Assembly: GCA_038207085.1 (NCBI GenBank)
Contig: JBBRAE010000010.1
Location: 23,661-87,660 of the forward strand
Origin: Armatimonadota bacterium
Lineage (GTDB): Bacteria > Armatimonadota > UBA5829 > DTLH01
Length of the DNA: 64,000 bases
Reading direction: 5' to 3'
Shown here: positions 58,050 through 64,000 of the stretch, piece by piece
How positions within the stretch are numbered: position 1 is the stretch's first letter
How the letters are laid out: the number at the start of each line of letters is the position of its first letter
The notes under the pieces: generated by a model
What the model saw: only the letters and a program-made list of their open reading frames with translations
The model's database searches: none
Told to the model about the DNA's origin: nothing
Translations under genes and position numbers: made by a program

Positions 58050-58182
58050 CTCCGTTATGTCACAAGAGGGCCCAGGTAAGCGCCGTGGATGTGCGCATCG
58101 CGTTTCGCATCGAAGAAAGACTGCGCGAGGAGCACCACGACCACGAGCACACCCAAAAGGCGGCGATGGAGCCCACAGCGCG

Positions 58183-59175
58183 CTACACGAGCCCCATTTT
58201 CAGCTTCACCTCGGCCATCGTCTTTTGGGCGATGGCCTTTGCCTTTTCCGCCCCGTCTCGCAGGATGTTGTGGACGCGCTGGGGGCTTGCGGCAAGCTCA
58301 GAGGCGCGGGCGCGGATCGGGGCCAGGGCTGCGATGATATCTTCGACAAGCGTGTTTTTCAGGTCTGAGTAACGAAGCGTGCGACTCGCATACGCGTCTT
58401 CATACTCCCTCACCGTGTCGGGCGCGGAAAACTCCCGGAGCATGGTGAAGAGATTCGCGACGCCCGGAGTCATATCCGTCTCGGGACTTGGGCCGGTGTC
58501 GGTCACCGCGCGCATGACAAGCTCGCGGATGCGCTCCGGCGGGTCGGTAAGCGCGATATAGCTTCCGGGGAGGCTCTTGCTCATCTTTTTGGTCGGATCA
58601 CCGAGCGCCATTATCCGCGCCGCTTTCGAGAGCTGCGCGCGTGGGCTTGGGAAGGTGTCGCCGAAGGTGACGTTGAACTTGCGGGCGATGTCACGCGTGA
58701 GCTCGATGTGCTGCACCTGGTCCTGACCCACAGGTACCAGGTCGGCTTTGTAAAGCAAAATATCGGCCGCCTGTAGAACGGGGTAATCGAACAGTCCCAC
58801 GTTCACCTCACCCGAGATCTGGCGGGACTTTTCCTTGAACTGCGTCATGTGCGAGAGCCTGCCCATCGGGGTAATCGTGTTGAGAATCCACGCGAGTTCG
58901 GTGTGCTCGGGGACGTGAGACTGGACGAAAATCGTCGCGACCTCGGGGTCGAGCCCCGCGGCGATGTTGGCGACCGCCGCATCAAAGATATTCTGCTGCA
59001 TCAGGCCGGGTTCAAAGGGCACGGTGATCGCGTGGTAGTCGACGATGCAAAACAGCGACTCGAACCTGTGCTGAAGATTCGCCCAGGCCTTGATAGCTCC
59101 GAGGTAGTTGCCGATATGAACCAGACCAGTGGGCTGGATTCCGCTAAATACTCGGTTGGGCACGCTTTGCTCCAT
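58183..59175 (-). CDS. trpS: Tryptophan--tRNA ligase
   Basis: SGIQPTG..HIGNYLGA; YPVLQAADIL; KMSKS. Confidence 0.97.
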   Translation of the reverse strand: MEQSVPNRVFSGIQPTGLVHIGNYLGAIKAWANLQHRFESLFCIVDYHAITVPFEPGLMQQNIFDAAVANIAAGLDPEVATIFVQSHVPEHTELAWILNTITPMGRLSHMTQFKEKSRQISGEVNVGLFDYPVLQAADILLYKADLVPVGQDQVQHIELTRDIARKFNVTFGDTFPSPRAQLSKAARIMALGDPTKKMSKSLPGSYIALTDPPERIRELVMRAVTDTGPSPETDMTPGVANLFTMLREFSAPDTVREYEDAYASRTLRYSDLKNTLVEDIIAALAPIRARASELAASPQRVHNILRDGAEKAKAIAQKTMAEVKLKMGLV

Positions 59176-59218
59176 AGTTCGCTTTATACCCAGTTGGACA
59201 CAGGGAGGGTCCACAGGC

Positions 59219-59989
59219 ATGGATAATTCGTATGATAACGCAGCCCGCGCGCTTGCAGGGGCCTGCCGGGTGTTTGTGTTTACAGGCGCGGGGGTCAGCA
59301 AAGAGTCGGGGCTTCCGACCTTCAGAGAGATCGACGGCGAATGGAAGCACTATGACCCAATGACCTTTGCCACGATGGAAGGCTTCAACCGCGACCCCGT
59401 GCTCGTCTGGAACATGTACAGGCTCCGTCAGAAGCAGATCGTCGAGGCGAAACCCAACCCCGCGCACCTCACTCTTGCCGCTATAGAGAGCCATTACCCA
59501 AGTTTTCTTCTCGCGACCCAAAACGTCGACAACCTCCACGAACGCGCCGGGAGCACAAAAATCGCGAAACTCCACGGTGACGCGGGTGAGCTGCGCTGCC
59601 TGGACTGCGAGGCGGTTCTTGACGCTTCCCTGTTCGATCTACCCGATGAGTTCTCCACCGAAACCCTCCCGAAATGCACCAAGTGCGGGAGCCTATGTCG
59701 CCCGAACATCGTGTGGTTTGGGGAGATGGTCCCAATGGAGCCGATGAGCGCCGCCGCGACAGCCGCATCACTCTGTGACCTGATGATAATCGTCGGGACA
59801 TCGGGCGAAGTGTCCGGCGGTTATGGTTTTGCCGAATATGCGCGGGCAAACCGGGCGACAATCATCGAGGTGAACCCCCATAGGGGACACCTGACTCGAT
59901 TTGCCGACTATTGGATTTCCCAGCCCGCCGGCGAAGCCCTGCCGAAGCTTTGGCACGATTCGGCGCAGTTCTTTGACCAAGAACGATAA
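59219..59989 (+). CDS. cobB: Sirtuin NAD-dependent deacylase
   Basis: TGAGVSKESGLPTFR; TQNVDNLH; CxxC...CxxC; RPNIVWFGE; GTS. Confidence 0.93.
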   Translation: MDNSYDNAARALAGACRVFVFTGAGVSKESGLPTFREIDGEWKHYDPMTFATMEGFNRDPVLVWNMYRLRQKQIVEAKPNPAHLTLAAIESHYPSFLLATQNVDNLHERAGSTKIAKLHGDAGELRCLDCEAVLDASLFDLPDEFSTETLPKCTKCGSLCRPNIVWFGEMVPMEPMSAAATAASLCDLMIIVGTSGEVSGGYGFAEYARANRATIIEVNPHRGHLTRFADYWISQPAGEALPKLWHDSAQFFDQER

Positions 59990-60046
59990 ATCAGCTAAAA
60001 TGTAATGGCTGGGGCGTTTGCAGGAAATGCGGCCCAGCACACAACA

Positions 60047-62155
60047 ATGAGAAATTACACGAGCAAACAGACGCCGAATCAGCGAAACATACTGGGCTAC
60101 GCTGCCGCCGCGATCGCGTGCGCGCTTGCGCTGTTGGCCGTCTACGCAGTCGACAACGGCCACACCCCCTATCTTGTTCGAGACATCTTCCCGGGCGGGG
60201 GCGGGCGCCACCACATCCCGACCAAAGTCTACCTCCCTGTCCACTCCGTCTTCGAGTTTGCAAGTATCGTCGTAAGCTTTGCGGTTTTCACGATCGGTTA
60301 TTACGGCTACAGGCAGACCAGAAACCGCCAGGACCTCTTTATAGCGGTCACATTTATGGTGGTCGGAGCCCTCGATTTTGTCCACACGCTTTCGTTCAAA
60401 GGGATGCCGAACTTCCTCGGCACAAACAGCGTGGGCGGCGCGGCGGCTTACTGGGTGACTGCTCGGCTCATCGGCGCATGCGCATTGCTTGCCGCAGCGT
60501 TCATCCCGCAGAACTGCAAGAACAGGCTGCTTACCCCAAAAGCGCTCCTTCCAGCGGCCACCGGGCTTGTTATCGGGATTATCACCCTGTTCACAGTTTA
60601 CGGAAAAGTGGTTCCAGGGCTGATGTATGTCGTGACGGATCACGGCGGACACCTCACACCGCTCAAGGTTGCGCTTGAGTATGCCGTGGTGGCGCTCCTT
60701 GCGACTGCGTTCTGGGCGTTTAGAAGGACCGGCAGATGGCACTCGGGCTCCGCGCGCCTTATCAGGATATCGATCATCATAGCAATCGGCGCGGAGGTCT
60801 GTTTCACTCTTTACAGAAGCGCGTTTGACGGCTACAACCTGGTAGGACATATCCTCAAGGTCGCGAGTTACTACTTCATCCTGCAGGCGCTTTTCGTGTC
60901 GTCGCTTCGCAGACCGTATATGGAGCTTTCCCTGACCAAGGAGCAGCTTCGGCAGTCGTTTACACGAATCGGGGATGCGCTTGCGTCGGGGCTTCGCAAG
61001 GACACGACTCTCAAGCTGATCTCCTCGCTTGCGATGGAAATGCTCGGGGCCGATTTCGCCGCGATCGGGGAGATCAAAAGGCGCGACCTGATCCGGGTCG
61101 ACTCATTTTCAGGGCTCTGCCCCGAGCCCTTTGAGCTGCCGGTCAAGCATAGTCTAACGGGTAAGGCTATCGAAGCTGGCCGACCGTTGATTGTGCCGGA
61201 CCTCAACAAAAATCCACTAGCCCGCCCGGAGATCCTCGCGCTTGGAATCAGAAGCTTTCTGTCGGCCCCTATCCAGCACGGCAGCGGGGCCAGCGGCGCG
61301 ATCTACGTCGGATCGTTTGAGTCTGGGAGGTTCACCGAGGACGACGCCGAGGTGTTGACGGCCTTTGCCCGCCAGGCGGCGCTAGCCCTGCAGGACGCCG
61401 AGCACTACGAAAGAGAGCACCGCATCGCCGACGAGCTCCAGCATGTCCTCTTCCCGCCAAACAGCATAGAACGCGACGGCTACACGATCACGGGGCGCTA
61501 CCAGCCCGCATGGGAAGAGGCGCGGGTAGGCGGTGACTTCTACGACTACTTCGATCTCGGCGACGGCAAGCTTGGAATTGTGATCGGTGACGTTTCAGGC
61601 AAGGGACTGCACGCGGCGGTCCATACGGCGATTGTGAAATACTCCTGCCAGGCGTATCTTCGCGAAGGTTACGGGCCGGCTAACGCGCTGAAGCGGATCG
61701 ATCAGACCTTCAAGGACCGCTCCAGGCAGGAGATGTACCCGGACACCGTGTTTGTGACTATGTTCTGCGCAGTGCTTGATACAGCGACCGGCCACCTCAC
61801 ATACGCAAACGCCGGGCACGAACCTGCGATCAATATCTCAAAGACCGGCGAGAGTCGTGATCTGGACTCGACAGGCCCGATTCTTGGCCTCGGCATCGGC
61901 ATTGAGGTCGAACAAAGCGAGGACACAATCGAGCGTGGCGGCACGCTGGTTATGTATACGGACGGCATCACCGAGTCGCGCGTCGGCGCAAACATCTTCG
62001 GGTTCGATCGCTTGAAGCAAACAGTGGAGGGCTGCGTGCGGTGGTCTACTGAAGACATGGCCGACGCGATCTGCCAAAAAGCGCTAGAATACTCTTACAA
62101 CCACAGCTTCGGTGACGACGTGGCGCTGGTGCTCGTGCGTAGAAAAGACGAATAA
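60047..62155 (+). CDS. MASE3-GAF-SpoIIE (PP2C/RsbU-like) membrane phosphatase
   Basis: HSVFEFASI...DFVHTLSF.GMP...GHILK; GAF domain; VGGDFYD, GDVSGKG, YTDGITE, DD. Confidence 0.92.
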   Translation: MRNYTSKQTPNQRNILGYAAAAIACALALLAVYAVDNGHTPYLVRDIFPGGGGRHHIPTKVYLPVHSVFEFASIVVSFAVFTIGYYGYRQTRNRQDLFIAVTFMVVGALDFVHTLSFKGMPNFLGTNSVGGAAAYWVTARLIGACALLAAAFIPQNCKNRLLTPKALLPAATGLVIGIITLFTVYGKVVPGLMYVVTDHGGHLTPLKVALEYAVVALLATAFWAFRRTGRWHSGSARLIRISIIIAIGAEVCFTLYRSAFDGYNLVGHILKVASYYFILQALFVSSLRRPYMELSLTKEQLRQSFTRIGDALASGLRKDTTLKLISSLAMEMLGADFAAIGEIKRRDLIRVDSFSGLCPEPFELPVKHSLTGKAIEAGRPLIVPDLNKNPLARPEILALGIRSFLSAPIQHGSGASGAIYVGSFESGRFTEDDAEVLTAFARQAALALQDAEHYEREHRIADELQHVLFPPNSIERDGYTITGRYQPAWEEARVGGDFYDYFDLGDGKLGIVIGDVSGKGLHAAVHTAIVKYSCQAYLREGYGPANALKRIDQTFKDRSRQEMYPDTVFVTMFCAVLDTATGHLTYANAGHEPAINISKTGESRDLDSTGPILGLGIGIEVEQSEDTIERGGTLVMYTDGITESRVGANIFGFDRLKQTVEGCVRWSTEDMADAICQKALEYSYNHSFGDDVALVLVRRKDE

Positions 62156-62313
62156 TTGCACACAGAGAAGAAGTATTGACTCTCCAGTGAGCCCGTCGGA
62201 ATGCGTAATCCGCCGGGCTCCACACTTTTGTAGGAATTGTCGGAGCACCGGCGAAGTATACCATGGGCAAGGCGACGCTCTATGTGCCCAATATTAGGAA
62301 AGCGACAGCTATT

Positions 62314-63024
62314 ATGACAAAGTATCAAGAGTATCAGGACAAGGTTTTCGGGGTTTTGCGACAGATCCAGGAGACGCAGAACGAGCCGATTGAGGCAGCG
62401 GCAAAGATCGTCGCCGAGCACATCGCAAGCAACGGCGTTCTTTTCATCCTGGGAAGCGGACACTCGCTGATTTCCGCACTTGAGGCGTCGGGGAGAGCCG
62501 GGGGGATGGTCGCAATCGACATCATCTTCGACAAGACCTACGGCAAGATCGAGCGGCTTCCGGGCTACGCAGAGTTTCTACTAAGAGACTACGATGTCGA
62601 CAACGGCGTAGTGATCGTCGTATCGAACTCGGGCCGAAACTCCCTTCCGATCGAAGTTGCTATAGAAAGCAAAAAACGTGGAGCCAAGGTGATCGCGCTT
62701 ACGTCGCTTGCACACTCCAGAGCGACCACATCCCGCCACCCGAGCGGCAAGCGTCTCTTTGAGATCGCCGATATCGTAATCGACAACTGCTGTGAGGCTG
62801 GTGACGCGGCTGTCGAGATCGAGGGCTCACCCGCCAAGACGGGCGCGACGAGCTCGGTATCCTGCACGTTTATTATGAACTCGATTCTGGTGCAGGCGGT
62901 CGAAGACATTGCAAAGATGGGTATCACCCCGCCCGTATTCAAGAGCGCGAACCTCGACGGGAGCGACGAGTACAACCAGGAACTCCGCAACAGATACAAG
63001 GGACGTCTGAAAGGGCTCGTGTAA
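62314..63024 (+). CDS. SIS-domain sugar isomerase family protein
   Basis: GSGHS; SNSGRN; SRHPSGKRL; PPVFKSANLDG. Confidence 0.9.
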   Translation: MTKYQEYQDKVFGVLRQIQETQNEPIEAAAKIVAEHIASNGVLFILGSGHSLISALEASGRAGGMVAIDIIFDKTYGKIERLPGYAEFLLRDYDVDNGVVIVVSNSGRNSLPIEVAIESKKRGAKVIALTSLAHSRATTSRHPSGKRLFEIADIVIDNCCEAGDAAVEIEGSPAKTGATSSVSCTFIMNSILVQAVEDIAKMGITPPVFKSANLDGSDEYNQELRNRYKGRLKGLV

Positions 63025-63029
63025 GCGTT

Positions 63030-63995
63030 ATGTGCGAAGACTTCTGCACCGTCGGCATCGACGGCGGCGGATCAAAAACCGAGTGCGCCATTGTTAACAG
63101 CCTGGGCGAAGTGCTTGGGATCGGTATCGGCGGCTCCTGCAACACCAACTATGTCTCCGCTGAGGAGATGCGAGAGTCGATAGAAACCGCGTGCACCCAG
63201 GCGAGTGAGGCCGTGGGGCCCAACAGGCCAAAGGTCGTAAAAGTCGGCGGCGGCGTGTTCCGCGCGCGACATATTATCCGCAAGTCCCTCCCCTCTCCAA
63301 GCTGGGTGCTTGAGATCGAGGAGTTCGTCAGGGGCATGTTTGAGAGTGATCTCGAAAGCCTGTCCGAAGGGGAAGTGGCTCTCGGGTGCATCGAGGAGTA
63401 CGGCCGCATAGGAATCGCGTGCGTTGCGGGCACAGGCTCAAGCTGCTTTGGGTTCACCAAGGAGCATGACATGATCGTGCGCGGCGGCTGGGGGGCTCCC
63501 CTTGGCGACGAGGGTTCAGCCTTTGACATCGCGCTACACGGGCTGCGGGCTGCGGGCAAAGCATATGAAAAGCGCGGGCCTGACACGTCGCTAGTTGAGC
63601 TTGCCTCTGCGTTTTTTGAGCAGGAACTCAATGGCCGGTTTTTGCGGGGAATCGGCCCCCGTGTGCAGACCAGACGCCGAGAGGTCGCAGCATTTGCAAA
63701 GGTCATCTCTCAGGCTGCGGAGGACGGCGACCGAGTCGCCGGTCAGATTCTTGGTTCTGCCGCAGAAGAGCTTGGTGAGCTTATCAAGTGCATATCAAGA
63801 GCCATTTTCACGCCTGAAGAAGCCTTTCCAGTCGCTCTTCACGGTGGAGTGTTCAACAACAATCGCGTTGCAGAGCGCACAAGGGAGACCGTCCTTGGGG
63901 AGTTCCCAAACGCCCGCATCACCCCACCGCTTCACAGCCCTGGGGTCGGGGCGGCGCTTCTGGTCGCACACGACTACAGAAATGGGGTTTGCTAG
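63030..63995 (+). CDS. BadF/BadG/BcrA/BcrD family sugar kinase (GlcNAc kinase-like)
   Basis: GIDGGGSKT; AGTGS; GGWG..LGDEGSA; GGVF. Confidence 0.9.
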   Translation: MCEDFCTVGIDGGGSKTECAIVNSLGEVLGIGIGGSCNTNYVSAEEMRESIETACTQASEAVGPNRPKVVKVGGGVFRARHIIRKSLPSPSWVLEIEEFVRGMFESDLESLSEGEVALGCIEEYGRIGIACVAGTGSSCFGFTKEHDMIVRGGWGAPLGDEGSAFDIALHGLRAAGKAYEKRGPDTSLVELASAFFEQELNGRFLRGIGPRVQTRRREVAAFAKVISQAAEDGDRVAGQILGSAAEELGELIKCISRAIFTPEEAFPVALHGGVFNNNRVAERTRETVLGEFPNARITPPLHSPGVGAALLVAHDYRNGVC

Positions 63996-64000
63996 CCTGC

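Noticed and set aside
59176..59301. Apparent overlap of the trpS and cobB ORFs, or a T-box leader for trpS
   Set aside because: The likely starts (59175 and 59219) are divergent with a 43-bp gap, leaving no room for a T-box.

Overview
Bacterial chromosomal window of about 60% GC (estimated by eye). The gene families (PEP-CTERM protein, prepilin/H-X9-DG protein, paired PrsA-like foldases, the C-terminal module of the subtilase) suggest Armatimonadota, and NfnAB plus AhbD suggest an anaerobe; both are inferences. Bases 1-18 kb hold large secreted or surface proteins: a PQQ-propeller PEP-CTERM protein, an S8 subtilase, a 1502-aa Cys-rich repeat protein and an FN3/LVIVD protein. A partial gene missed by the ORF track shares an unnamed domain with the repeat protein. 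The rest is mostly housekeeping and metabolism: rpsF-ssb-rpsR, ahbD, an ANTAR two-component pair, M32 peptidase, nfnAB, trmFO, glycoside hydrolases, prfB with its +1 frameshift, fliW-csrA, apgM-birA-nadC, trpS and cobB. Main findings: (1) a low-GC HicA-HicB-SecB toxin-antitoxin-chaperone islet with a leaderless, operator-covered promoter and one in-frame TAG in the toxin; (2) a probable 6S RNA inside the rpsF-ssb-rpsR operon; (3) the shared secreted domain; (4) a presenilin/SPP-like intramembrane protease candidate; (5) long structured 5' leaders on surface-protein genes; (6) three families of REP/REPIN-like repeats. All calls were made by eye, without database searches or folding software.
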